A model generated the notes under the pieces. That model worked only from the letters and a program-made list of their open reading frames with translations, did no database searches and was not told where the DNA came from. Both the position numbers and the translations under genes were made by a program. A stretch of 64,000 nt of DNA, taken from Lytechinus pictus. Lineage: Eukaryota. The stretch is taken from positions 9,550,001 to 9,614,000 of the forward strand of contig NC_087252.1 in assembly GCF_037042905.1 (NCBI RefSeq), in the 5' to 3' direction. Shown piece after piece: positions 24,257 through 38,300 of the stretch (position 1 is its first letter; every line of letters starts with the position of its first letter).

Positions 24257-24839
24257 AGGAGAATGAAACCCTTGAAACCAGCTGAATCCATATCAAAGAG
24301 AAAAATCAAAGAAACATATTGTTGAAAGTTTGAGGAAGATTGAATGAATAATAAGAAAGTTATGAGCATTTGAATATTGAGATCACTAGTGCCATGTAGA
24401 TCCTCCCAACGGCAATGCGACCAAGATCTGTGATGTCACACACGTACAACTCCCTCATTACTTTAGTACTTATTTCACTTATATTCTCACTTTTATAGAG
24501 TCTATCACAAGGTGAGGTGTTCTCTTTATGAGATGACAAGTACAGAGGTTTCACAACATTATATCATTGATGAATCGTTTGTCATATGATTAGAATGAGC
24601 AAAAACAGATGTTTTGGGGTATATTTTCAGTGTCCAAATGGGAGAGTTGTACGTGTGTGACATCACAGATCTTGGTCGCATTGCCAATGGGAGGATCTCC
24701 ATAGCATTAGTGATCTCGACATTCAAATGCTCATAACTCTTTTATTGCTAGTCCTATTTTTCTCAAAGTTTTGTTGATCTTATTCTTTGATTTTTCTGCT
24801 TTCACAAAAGCTAACTTGCTCCAAGAGTTTCATTCTCCT
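24257..24839. mobile_element. Kolobok-like TTAA MITE, family B
   Basis: Inverted near-copy of 19180-19761. Confidence 0.82.
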
Positions 24840-24892
24840 TTAAACCATTTTAAGTGCAGTAGATATAAGTTGTACAATTCTTATATAACCAG

Positions 24893-25614
24893 GGGGGTGT
24901 TTCACAAAGACTAAGTATGACTTAAATCGCATTTAAATGCCGATGCGTATCTGAAATGCAACGCGCAATCTAATTGATCAATACGCAGAAATGCGTTTCC
25001 TCTTTGCATGATCTGACCAATGCGGCCATGCCTTTTATACCGCACGCAACTTGGCATTTAAGTGCAACTCTAAGTCATACTCAAATCTTTGTGAAACACC
25101 CACCTGGGCCCCGTCTTACAAAGTGTTGTGATTGATCCGAAGAATCGCAACTATGGACGGCCAGCAAAGTAAAAATATATGCTGCATGTTTGTTCAAAAG
25201 ATTTTCTACACATGAATGTATATCCATGAATTCATCGATTTCTTGGCAATTCACTGCGCTTCTTTTTGCATACAAAGGATAATGGGCAAATTTTTGTAAA
25301 AAAAATTATGGCACTGATGGATTTCCATAGAGTTACGATTGATCGGATCGTAAGTCTTTATAAGACGGGGCTCTCATCAATCTCAACTATGGAAAGCCAG
25401 CAACATCAACATCTATTATGCATGTTTATTCAAAATATTTTCTAGAAATGATGTATATTCATACATTCATCGTTTTCTTGAAAATTCACTGTGCTTCTCT
25501 TTGTTTACCAAGGACATTGTGCAAATTTCCTGTAGAGGAAATTATGACACTGATGAATTTCCATAGAGTTACGATTGATAGGATCAATTGCAACTCTTTG
25601 TAAGACGTGGCCCA
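24893..25614. mobile_element. Cluster of Harbinger-like MITEs
   Basis: GGGGGTGTTTCACAAAG...CTTTGTGAAACACCC and GGGCCCCGTCTTACAAAG...CTTTGTAAGACG(G)GGCCC ends; relatives at 37507-37732, 42443-42714 and 45843-46125, flanked by CWG. Confidence 0.65.
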
Positions 25615-25833
25615 GATTGACTTATTAAAATATCTTTATTATCATCTTCATAAATTTGAACTGAAAATACATTGAAAATAGTTAAATTACTATAGAAAAA
25701 TGGCATACTCATTTTGACTAATACAAAGTGGCATACTCATTTTGACTAATACAAATATTTTCATAACTATAAATGAGGATTATTAGCAATTTGAAGAGCA
25801 CATTAATTTACTAAGGAAGACCTAATAGTTTAA

Positions 25834-26438
25834 GAGGATGCTCCGGGCTCGAAATATTTATATCTCAATAAATAGAGTAGAATTCACAAAGCAAAATGCT
25901 GAAAATTTCATCAAAATCGGAAAACAAATAACAAAGTTATTGAATTTTAAAAATTTGCATTATTCCGGTGAAACAGTTCTAGACATGTCTGAATGAATAT
26001 TCATTAGGTGGGCTGATGAAGTCATATCCCCACTTGTTCTTTTGTATTGTATTATATGAAATTAGGTTTATTCAAATTTTTTCTACCAAGAACTAAATCA
26101 ATTGGATTGACAACTGATTAAATGCATTAGTTATTTATTGCCGCAACTTATTTCATCATAATGGAGACACATCATTTACACATGTGTGAAAAAAATGAAA
26201 CATTTATGATTTTACGTAATAACAAAAGACAAAAGAAAAGTGGGGATGTGACATCATCAGCCCACCTAATGAATATTCATGACGATGTGCATACAACTGT
26301 TTTCACAAAATATTGTTAAACTTTAAATTCAATATCTCCGTTATTTGTTATCCGATTTTGATGAAATTTTCAGTATTTTGCTCTGTGAATTTTACTCTAT
26401 TTATTTAGATATAAATATTTTCAGCCCAGACCATCCCT
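25834..26438. mobile_element. Kolobok-like TTAA MITE, family C
   Basis: Ends GAGGATGCTCCGGGCT...AGCCCAGACCATCCC; shares the AAATTTCATCAAAATCGG subterminal motif with family A. Confidence 0.6.
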
Positions 26439-29124
26439 TTATTAAAGGATTTAAGGATTGCTTCAATCCAAAGAATACAAATACATATAAGAACAAAATT
26501 ATGAAGTATCAGCCACATCACATCAGTGATATTAGATACAAACAGAAAGACATGAGAAACAAAGAAAGACGAGGAGACAAGGGCACACTTACATGAAACT
26601 TGTCAGCAATGAGTACATTGCCAATGCTGGCAATTCAGTAAAAACCAAGACACCATTCTCACTACCTTCCTAAAACTAGTTTACTGGAAACTAGTTTAGT
26701 GGAACTAGTTTAACATGTAATGAGAACTGTCAAAGCGATCCTGGAAGCCAAACCAGTTCATAAAACCACATCCCGATGTAGTTTTCAAGATCGCTTTGCT
26801 TCGTTAAACTGGTTTTAGCGCAAGTGAGGACACAACCGTTCTTCGGGAAGCGATCTTCGCTCAGTTTGAACATGCTACTCCACACACTGAGTGTAGAATG
26901 CTTACGCTGTGGTTGAGAATTTTGCGTGAAATGTGTAACCCCACTGAGAGCGTTCCCATAGCAACAAGATTGCTTTATATGAAGTGATTATGAAAACCAC
27001 TTTCGGGTGATCAAATGGAAATGCCAGCAAAGCGATCTTCCAAACTAGTTTCATGAACCACTTTCCACTAAACTAGTTTTAGAAAGTGTGATGAGCACGG
27101 GGTCCAAAGTTTCATGAACCGCTTTCCACTAAACTAGTTTTAGAAAGTGTAATGAGCACGGGGTCCAAGATTTTGATTGGCTGAGAAGTACTCGGGGCCA
27201 TTTCATAAATATTGTCAAAATTTGCAATAACTGAAATCATTCAATCTGATTGGCTGATTGTAAACTTGTTGTAGAAACTGTGCATTTGTTATTATAACAA
27301 GTCTTCTTGAAACCGGGGCCATTTCATAATATTGTTATAACAAATATGCAATAACTGTTTAAAGCTACTGAAATAATTCAATATGATTGGCTGATTGTAA
27401 ATTGTGCATTCGTTGTTACAAGTCCTCATGAAACCAGACCCTGGTCTCTGACTGTTACTATGACAACAGTCACATAATGGCAAATTGGCAATGCTGACAA
27501 GCTTCATGTATCCGTGCCTTGGAAGCGAAAAAGAAATGCACCTCTTAGAGTGCGTTGCTGTGTCAGTAAAAAAGTAAAATCTGTAGATTTTACTTCTAAA
27601 ACATAAACTTGTATTAAAACCTGTTTGATCCTTAAATAAACAATTTACTCAGTGAACTATTAGATCATTAATCACACCTGTCATAATAAGTAGATTACCT
27701 TAATCCTTGAAATATCTCATAGTCATATCTCTGATTCCTAACGATGAATTAATTATTAAGCATCGAGAAGTCAAGACAGTTTCATGCAGCATTTAAATAC
27801 ACAAGTGCCAATAGCATTAGGCACTAAATGATAAAAGATTATGTATGTCAATTATTTGCATTATTATAGAAATTACTATCATGGTTTTACAAGCTTGTAA
27901 AAATGCTGAAAAAATTGATTGCCAGTACATGTATGCAAAAAAAGAGCAAAATATCAATAAATTTTAATTATTTTGTTTTCCATATGTGCACCTTGTACCA
28001 AATCCATCCATAATCTGAAAAAAATATATAATATTCATTAGTGCTCCATTTTTACAAAGTCTTTCTAAGGAATGATGCCTTGGTCAATGTTTGTAATATC
28101 TTTATATAAATATACACGTAAGTAGCATTTTAGGTGATATACATGTAACACTCAGCACATGGTAATATAATTTACAATAAATATATAAAAGCTATAAACA
28201 TGTAGACCTCTAGTCTGATAAAATCAGGGCTACGTTTCACAAACGGCTGTGGATGATCTTATCAATCTCATGTACAGAAAGCCAACAAAACCATCATCTA
28301 GATTTAATATCTATGTTCTAAGGATTTAAACATAAAATAAATTTGAACATGCTTCACTACTTTGAGCACGTCAGGGGCCCAATACATATAATTACGGTGA
28401 GTTGATCATTACTATCATATCAACCTTGCATTTTGATAAGCCCCGTATCCATGATTGTAGATACCAGGGTGGCAAAGTTATCGATCGTAAGTTCATAATG
28501 AAACAGGTCCCTGAATTCTTGTTTGAAACCTTCCCTCCCAAGAACCGCATACTGTGTATCTCTCACAGTAGATGAAGAATTAAGACGATGACGTGGATGT
28601 ACATGTATGCATATTATACGTCACATGGGGGAGCAGCTTGCACGTGACATCTGGGGGTATTTCATGAGAGTTGCAATTGATCACACTATCAGCTCATTAT
28701 CATTGCCAATGAACAATTCGCTTTATACCATTTATCAAAAGAAAGGATCACCAGTCGCTCTTAACTTACGAACAGCTTCATGAAACACACACCTGGACAT
28801 TTTCAATGAAATTCTTGGTTTTGATTGGCTGAGAAGCACTGATCACTGACTGTTACTATGGTAACTATCAGGGATTGAAAACTTGTCAGCGCTGACAAGC
28901 TTCATAAAATGGTGCCAACAAATCAAAACATTGAAAATTGATCTCTTTAATTCTGTGCGGGAGTTTCATCAATCTTTAACAAAATCTTTCCTTTATTTTT
29001 TAGAAAAACTAACTCAAAATCCAGTTGGACCCCTGCCCCCCCCCCCTTTCAATGTGACTTCGTCAGTCCTCATTTTGGAGAATACTCTTTAATTCTCTCT
29101 CTAATCACATGGGTAGACATTCTC

Positions 29125-29363
29125 TTACGACTGCATGATCCTCCAATCAAATCGTCCATTAGGTGCATGCGTTAGCGTGGGTATGATCGGTGCAACCAGG
29201 TCCCATATACTGAATTCTGCGTACTCCTCCAGCATGATGATACCGCAATAGGGGACCTTCTGGACAATACGAGAGAACTCCATGGCCGGCCGTGCGGACA
29301 GGCCCTGAAGACAACGTGAACTGCTGTCCAACGTGCTCGCATGACCAACCAGTAAGATGTCTC
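29125..29363 (-). CDS. UBASH3B: UBASH3 exon 12 (last coding exon)
   Basis: [12 protein letters not shown]...KVPYCG...[18 protein letters not shown]. Confidence 0.92.
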
Positions 29364-32300
29364 CTGCGAAGAAAGCGGAAATTTTTACGAGTTTGTTCAT
29401 AAGCTTGGTCTATTTCATACATGTACTTTGGGGAGCATTTCATGCAAGAAACAAATGGTTTCTCTGACTGTGTGCTACAAGCTACTGAAATTCACAAATC
29501 TGCTTGGCTCAGAGCGATCAGTCAGTGAAAATTAGCTGAGGAACATATGTGACCTGCCACCCCTAAATCAACGATAAATCACTAGGGAAAGTTCTCTACA
29601 AATAGCCAAAATAGTATTTGGTCTTCAAAAAGCAAAAGGAGTAATTCTTCCTCATACTGTCGAAATTTGAAGTTTCAAAGTTTAAAATAAAACACAAGAT
29701 ACAAGAGCTTTTTTCTTCTCCAGACTACCTGGACGTTTTACAAAATTGTAAAGTTTGCACATATCATGCTTGAGTGAACCCTGAACTTCAAGCCTTGTTT
29801 TCTCCTAACAACCAAAAATCTTCTGCACTCATTAGTTGTGCTGGGTATTTTTGAATAATTTTTACAATTAACAATTCATTTTAAAGCTTAGAATTTGTCT
29901 TTTACAGAATGATACTGTAAATCCTTTTATTAGCTTACCATCGTCCGAACATTCTTTTAGGACCTCCCGGACAAAGTTCTCACTTCTCTTGTAATACGCC
30001 TGACAATTTTCCTTCTGGTTAAGGTCACTTGCTGCTAGCTTCTCCTTGTAACTCAGGTCAATGTTGAGGCCAAAGGTCGCGAGTTCAGCTGGCGATAGCC
30101 ACTTCGGTAGTCCGCCTTTACACCATGCTAACCATTCAAAGAGGGCGGTGTCCACGCAGATCTTGACGGCGTCGGGTGCTTCTAATCCTGGGATTGGATG
30201 AGAGAAAAAATGCTGGATCCAGGGTGATGCAATATAATAACAATTAAAAGTTCTTGTACAGCGCACATCACATTATGATTATAACGTCTCTTTGTGCTTC
30301 CAAATGATTTGGATATTATTACCCCGGCTTTAGCTTGGCAGCTGTAATTACTTACATTGCACGTGCATTTCAAGGAATTAATTCCTACCAGGTACATGTA
30401 CCCATTTACCTCACCTGGGTAGAATGCAGCACAATGTGGATGAATTCCTTGCTGAAGGAAACTACACCATTGCTGGAATATGAAATACATCATCCATTTG
30501 GACTCACTAAGGAGGAGAACCAGGGATCCCAAGTTACACAAAACTTAGCAGTTGATCGTGGGGGCTGATTGCCAAGGTTGATCATCCACAATCATCAATG
30601 CAATTAATCACAGGAACCAGCTCATTTATCAATCATTAAAGGAGATCGAAACCTTTGGAACAAGATAGCTTGTGTGAAAACAGAAAAATCAAAGAAACAG
30701 ATCAACGAAAGTTTGATAAAAATCGGACAATTAATGAGAAAGTTATGAGCATTTGAATATTGTGATCACTAATGCTATGGAGATCCTCAATTTGGCAATG
30801 CGACAAAGATGTGTGATGTCACTTGTGAACAACTCTCCCCATTACTTTAGTATATATTTCACTTAAATTGCCTCTTTTATCACATCTATCAGTAGATCAT
30901 GTGTTCTTTCTATAGGAGGGCATGTAATATAGATTTTTAAAGAATACATCATGGATAAAGAGTTTATATCACCATAAGAAAAAGTAAAAAGAGACACTTT
31001 GAGGGTATTTCATAGTCCATCAAAGGGAAAGTTGTTCACATGTGACATCATACATCCTTGTCGCATTGCCAATAGGAGGATCTCCATAGTATTAGTGATT
31101 GCAATATTCAAATGCTCATAACTTTCTCATTATTTGTCGGATTTTTCTCAAACTTTCTTTGGTCTTATTCTTTCATTTTTCTCTTTCCACACAAGCCTAC
31201 TTGTTCCAAAGGTTTCATTCCCCTTTAAGTTTTATGTTTCAAGGCACAGTTAACTTACATGCCTATAAAAGTGGAGATACAGGTAAATAGTCACAAAAAA
31301 AAAAAAACTGAGACAAGATTCTGTGGCCCGTATTCTGAAGTCAGGTTTAACTTAAACCCAGGTTTAAAGTTGTGGTTTAAGTATGGACAGCCAATTGTTA
31401 CATAAATCACTAATGGTAGAGATATCATATTTCAGCTCATTTGGCTCTCAAATCATTCATAATTGTCTAGGAAGTATAAGAAGATGATTGTCTTCACCAT
31501 CGATGAATCAGGAAAGAGCACAGTAAACATAAGAAACATACAACTTAATAAAGATTTTGATACTTTTGGCTTCCCATACTTAAACCACAACTTTAAACCT
31601 GAGTTTAAGTTAAACCCGACTTCAGAATACGGGCCTCTGTCTGTATTAAGGTTTGGAGTCAGTGGCCCGTATTCTGAAGTCAGGTTTAACTTAAACTCAG
31701 GTTTAAAGTTGTGGTTTAAGTACATGTATGGGAAGCCAAAAGTATCAATTTTTTATTAAGTTGTATGTTTCTTATGTTTACTGTGCTCTTTCCTGATTCA
31801 TCGATGGTGAAGACAATAATCTATATATACTTTAGGCTTGGGCGATTCCCACCTTTCCCAGAACCGACTCCGGCTCTGACCTAAGGCTTCGGTTCCGAGA
31901 GGAGTCGACTCCACAATCACTTAACACACTAGTGAATACGAGATACATGCAGAGCTCTTTTCATGTCCATAAAGTGAATGGAGCTACTGTGTACACTAGC
32001 AAGATATCCCCTTCTCACTCTCTCCCTCCCTCTTTCTATACTCCTCTCTCTTTCTCTTTTTCAAACCAAACTTTTGGGTTTCTTGTACTTGAAACCTTGA
32101 AAGTGATCTCGAGGGGGCAATTATGTGGTCAGTAGATAAGAAGCCAGACAGTTCTGTTTGGATTAGTCTGCATGCACAGCCCCTACATGACACTAATAGC
32201 TCTAGAGAGCCATGGTCTGGCACAACTGCACATTAAACTAACTTTTCTATTAGATTTCCGTACAATGATTTCAGCCTGCGATTGTAAACTAAGTCTGGAA

Positions 32301-35300
32301 TTCCCTTCAACAGGGCATTTATGTGTTGTTATGAAACAGAATCAGTTCTCTTGTAGAGTGGATCCCTCAGGCTCGAGTAATGGGCCTTGAAAGAATGGGG
32401 GTCGACTCCTCGACTCTGGTGACAAGAATCGGGTAGACTCGATTACTCGGCTCTGATGCCCAAGCCTAATATACTTCCTAGACAATTACGAATGATTTGA
32501 GAGCCAAATGAGCTGAAATATGATGTCTCTACTAAGCCTGAGTCATATCGATTATTTTGAAAACCGGTGTTCGACAGCTTTAATTCGATCGAACATCGAT
32601 GCATCGAAATTTGAAGGCGGGGAAAATCAAGTCTTTTTTTGGCTCCGGCCGGCCGTCGATGCATGCGCTATGCATGCACTGCGCTGGCCGGGTGAGCGTT
32701 GCAAAAGCAAATGACAGAGCAAAGTTCGTTTGTATTTCCCATGATCACAAAACACAAAAAAGGCCGGGGAGCAATGCAGAATTCTTCCCAAAATATCTTC
32801 AACAATGATATTTGCAGATGATAAGATATAAGTTTAAAATGAAACAATATTAAAGACATGAATCACGCAGAGTCGATCCGAATGATTTTCGGTCAACTAG
32901 CATTCGCAGTCCAGACTCGCACACACCAGCCCCGTACACTCACTCTCCCGAAACGACAGGCGTGCTTGCCAGCGCCATCTAACAAGTGCAAACAGCGGGG
33001 AGAGCGTTGTAACTTGCCTGAGATTGTGTAGTTGGCGGGGTAGTTAGATCCAAAATTAGCTCCAAATAAATTGATGGGAATAAATACGTAATTTTCTCTG
33101 GATGGTCATTTGAATTGGTATTCAATGCTGATATAACGATTGTGAGGAAAGATTGTGGAATATGAGTTCTGGCGATGTTCGAGATTTAATCCTGATAATG
33201 ATAATCCATTTTTTTTAGACACAAGAGCTTTGTGATCGAAATAAATACGAATTCTTGGATCGAGCTCTAAATTCATATAAATTATTATTGGATTTTAAAT
33301 AACTACGATTTAATAAGATTTTATGGCCATACTAAAAGAATTGACGATGTCAGCAAAGTATGTTATGTTCATATGGAAGAATTAATAGTATTATACTGGC
33401 ATTATTTTTATTTTTTATTCCATCTCTGGACGTCTCCGAGCTCCGGCTCCGAGAAAAGAAGCACAATGCGCATGCGCGTTCGATGACGTCTGACATATTT
33501 TCCATTCATGAAATCAGAGCCCAAAGTTGGGCACAAACAAGCTTCATATTGATGGGAAAAAAATCAAACGTAATTTTTCTCTGTTTTGTCATGTAAAATA
33601 TTATTATATGGTGATATTACGATCTTCAAAAGAGTTTCTACATGTTGACAATGTTCGATAATCAATCCTAACGTGATAATTATTTTTTTAGACAAGTGCA
33701 CTCACTCAAGTCGATCGTCATGTGATGTCCGCCATTGAAAATTTAAACGAAATACAAACGTTTCACATCAAGCTCTAAGTTCATATTAATGATTATCATA
33801 TGCAAATTATTGTTAAATATTACGATTAAATCATGTTCTATGGTCATGATATTAATATTGTTCATGAAAAGCAAGATATACTTTACGTTGATCGCATCAA
33901 TTTTCCGGCCATTTTCTGATATGATTGACAGTACGGTACTGCGCATGCACGATGAATGGCGACTTCCATTCATAAATTCATCGTGCATAAATTATCTTGG
34001 CACGAGCAGACGAGCCGGGCAGACGAGCAAGACTCGAACTATGATCGAAATAAACTTCAAATTAATGGTGAATAGGCATCATAATTACACAATCGGTTTC
34101 ATTTTGGGGGCAATATAAATGAAGTAAGTAGTAGTCAAGTTGGATATTACTGTTTATTTTGATGTCTGATTGTGTGAACCAAATGAATCGGCCGGCCGAC
34201 GTATTTTTTTTTTTTTTTTCGATGCAGCGATTTTGCAAAATCTGCACCGGCGTTCGATGACATCGATCGAACATCGATTTTAAAATCGATTCGACTCAGG
34301 CTTAGTCTCTACCGTTAATGATTTATGTATCAATTGGCTATCCATACTTAAACCACAACTTTAAACCTGGGTTTAAAGAAGAATGAAACCTTTGGAACAA
34401 GATAGCTTGTGTGAAAACAGAAAAATCAAAGAAACAGATCAACGAAAGTTTGATAAAAATCGGACAAATAATGAGAAAGTTATGAGCATTTGAATATTGC
34501 AATCACTAATGCTATGGAGATCCTCAAATTGGCAATGCGACAAACATGTGTGATGTCACTTGTGAACAACTCTCCCCATTATCTTAGTAAATATTTCACT
34601 AAAACTGCCTCTTTTATCACATCTATCAGTAGATCATTTGTTCTTTCTATAGGAGGACATGTAATACAGATTTTTAAACAATACATCATGGATAAAGAGT
34701 TTGTACATGTATCACCATTAGAAAAAGCAAAAAGCGAAATTTTAGGGGTATTTTATAGTCCATCAAAGAGAAAGTTGTTCACATGTGAAATCACACATCC
34801 TTGTCGCATTGCCAATGGGAGGATCTCCATAGCATTAGTGATTGCGATATTCAAATGCTCATTACTTTCTCATTATTTGTCAGATTTTTCTCAAACTTTC
34901 GTTGTTCCTATTCTCTGAATTTTCTGTTTCGACACAAGCCTACTTGTTCCAAAGGTTTCATTCCCCTTTAAGTTAAACCCGACTTCAGAATACGGGCCAG
35001 TGATTCAGTTATAATTTAGATAAAATAGATAAATTGATGAATAGTCACAACATGGTAGTTAAATACATTAATAGTCTAATACACAAGAAACAAGACAAGG
35101 GTCTGCTATGTAATTTGCAGTCATTGTTTCAGTAATAGTTGAGAATGTGTTCAGCTCTTGCTGAAAAACGCAAAGTAAACAATACTACTAACCTTGTAAT
35201 ACAGCATGAGCCGTCTGTGAGCATCTTAATGCTGGTGATGAGTAGCAGTATGAGATCTTGACTCCAGCTGCTTTTAATGCTTCACCTAAAAAAAAGCACA

Positions 35301-38300
35301 GCACAATACAAAAAGAAATGACTTTAGAGAATAAAGTGAAAGTGAGCATGTACTTGAGCAGGGCAATGAATGCGTGTCCACTTTTGCATACATTTTTGTG
35401 TAGTTGTGGGAAGTTATGGGTCATTAATTAAAACTTTCTGAATAGATCAACAATGCGCTCAATAATGTTGGTGCCTTGGTCACAATTGGAAAAATAGAGG
35501 CAAAGACAAGGGCTACAATAGCTGAAAAAACTTAACATTGACGTTCTGAGTTTGACCCAAGCTGGTGACTTCTGACCATTTGATGACCTTCGTCTCTTGA
35601 TAAGAAATCTACTTCAAAGTTTGGTCAGAATAAGGAAAACAGGTGCAAAGTTATGGGCTACGAAAATAATTTAAATAACTCGGGCTAAAAAGGATGGTAA
35701 GAGATGTAAGGCTTTGTGAAATGAATATTTACAGTATTGAAAAGAGCTGAAAAAAGCATTGGTTAGTAAAAGCAAAAATCAAAACAAAACCTTTGCTTCC
35801 TTTTCAGATTTCCAGCAGTAGTCATTTTGCACATTCCAAATCGATTTTACACGTATATTTGACAAAATCTGTCTATAATGATCTCACACCCCATTTCCAA
35901 AATGGTCTTATCTTCCCTGAATGAAAATAAATTGTTTGTATGCAATGTAACTGTCATTTCTACAAAGTACACTCCCATTTCTGTACTAAGAGATTCTCTG
36001 CTGCACAGTGGCGGACCATGACCCGAGGAGACAAAGCATTGGAGGGGCACTGTATTGTTTGTGAACAATGCTGTGCCCCTCCAATGCTTTGTCTCCTCGG
36101 GTCACGGTCCGCCACTGCTGCTGCATATTTCTAGATCAATGCTACATGTAAAAAGAAAGATCCATTATTTCACAAATCCCTCTCTGACATTCTCACACCC
36201 CACTTCCAAAATGGAATATTCCTTGAATCACACGCTGTGTGTATGTGCCTTACCTGTCATTCTTGCCTGGTACACTCCGATTTCCGTAATAGGGGAGTCT
36301 TTCTTAAAATCCTGAGCCCCTCCCGGTCTCTGTGGAACTTTCTTTGGCATGTTCAGATTTTTTCTCTGGTATTTTCCTGAAACCAAACAAAGACTTTCAA
36401 TCACAACTCAAATTCATTTTCATAAGCTCCAAAAAAAAGCTCAATTTGCTATTCAAGAAATATGTTCTCAATAGTAGTTAACTGTTGGAGGGTAAGAGTG
36501 GGCCCAAATATCCGCTAATCCAGAGGTCAAAGGTCACGGAATCTTGAACTGTGATATTTTCATCTAGGAACCTTGTCAAAATCCAGAGCCGCATCTTTCC
36601 CGCAGGAATCCTGCAAGTAGTTTTTCATTACGAATCATCATAGTCACCACAGACAAAACAATGAAGGACTACAGGAAAGCACGGTAAAAGACACACAACA
36701 TCCTGCTAAAGGACGCGACACAGAATTTTGACAAGCCGTCTTATTGTACCATATCATATCACCTTTGTCATCAATGGAATAATGTGGGTGTAAAAAAATC
36801 TACACGGATCACGCCAATTTTAAGGAACCTACATTGCTGACCAATACACAGGGAAGAACATTCAAAATCCTACTAACTATATATAAAGTACCTTTTGGTC
36901 AAGCTCCCAGCAACATCATAGAATTGATAAACTATAAAATCAATCTGAACGATTGCACCTCCAAAGATTCTTTGCTTTGACAGAGACCATTTTTCAAAAT
37001 GAAAATAAGTTAAGTAACACTAGGTGATCAGGAATCTGCTTGTATGGTCCTATAACTCTGCAACAGCTTGCATGTACATCTACATCTACGTCTAGAAGTC
37101 ATGTACGAACCATCAGTAAATAATTTCAAATAAAACTTTAAAATACAGCTGTTTAATCAACAATATGTATATCAGACGTTCCGACATAACGGCAACGCAG
37201 AAGAATACATACTTTTGTTGAATAGTTTCTGCACTCTACATATCAACTTTTTTATTCAGGGCTCGAATTAAGAATTCAAAGGGGAAAGGACATTTTCAAT
37301 AGGGCACTGAAAGGGAAGGGAAGGTAGTGTTCTGATCACTTTAGGGGAATCATTGGTCATTTAATAGTAAAATGAACTTTTCAATGGGACACTTGCACCG
37401 GATTAATCACAGGGCACTTATTTTTCGCCTGAAGTCTATACTGACTTGGAAGGGCATCAAGGCCAATCTAAGGGCATTGGGTCTCACCCTGGCTTAATTT
37501 GAGACCTGGGGGTTTTTCACAAAGATTTTAGCATGATTTTAATATGACTTAAAGTCACACTTAAATACCGAGTTGCGTACGGTATGAAAGGCTTGATCTC
37601 ATTGGTCAGATCGTGTCATGAGGATGCGCACTACTGCGTATCTATCAATAAGATCGCGCGTTGCATATCATGTACGCATCGGCATTTAAGTGCGACTTAA
37701 ATCACACTTAAATCTTCATGAAACACCCCCCTGACAATTATTATATAATGTGACATGTACCTTGTTGATCAAAGCAATGTATAAGCCACTGTTCACCAAA
37801 TGTCACGTCCACTCTCTCCCCATGTCTGATGATAAATAATCTCCTAGGTTGCTTCTTGGTGGGGACAGGGACGTCATTCATCTTCTTTAACTTCAATAGC
37901 TGGTCAAAGAGAAAATAAAAATTATGTAATATCATCAACTCGATGTGTTCATTTGATTATTTGAAATTAATAACCTGCAGTAGCAGCAAACCATATCATG
38001 AGAAAGACATTAAAAACAAAGGTGAGATGTCACCATATCATCTTAAAATCATGATCTGGTTCATAAACCTATCTTTGTAAAAACATGAAATCTATCAAAG
38101 CCGATAAATGATCACATTGAAGATCTCCAATACAGATAAGCACACTGGACAGTGTTTTATTTTTTTCTATGTCTTTAAAATCAAGATTAATTGTCACCAT
38201 ATTCTTGTAAAATCAGGATTAAGTTGACCTCTCTCTGTAGAATCATGAAATCTAGGACAGCTGAAATATGGTCAAACTGAAGATAACCAACATAAATAAG

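Larger units (their letters stand above)
31664..34998. mobile_element. ~310-bp MITE split by three nested insertions
   Basis: Removing 31833-32468, 32533-34304 and 34377-34967 (each with one TSD copy) restores a sequence collinear with 4938-5243. Confidence 0.88.
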
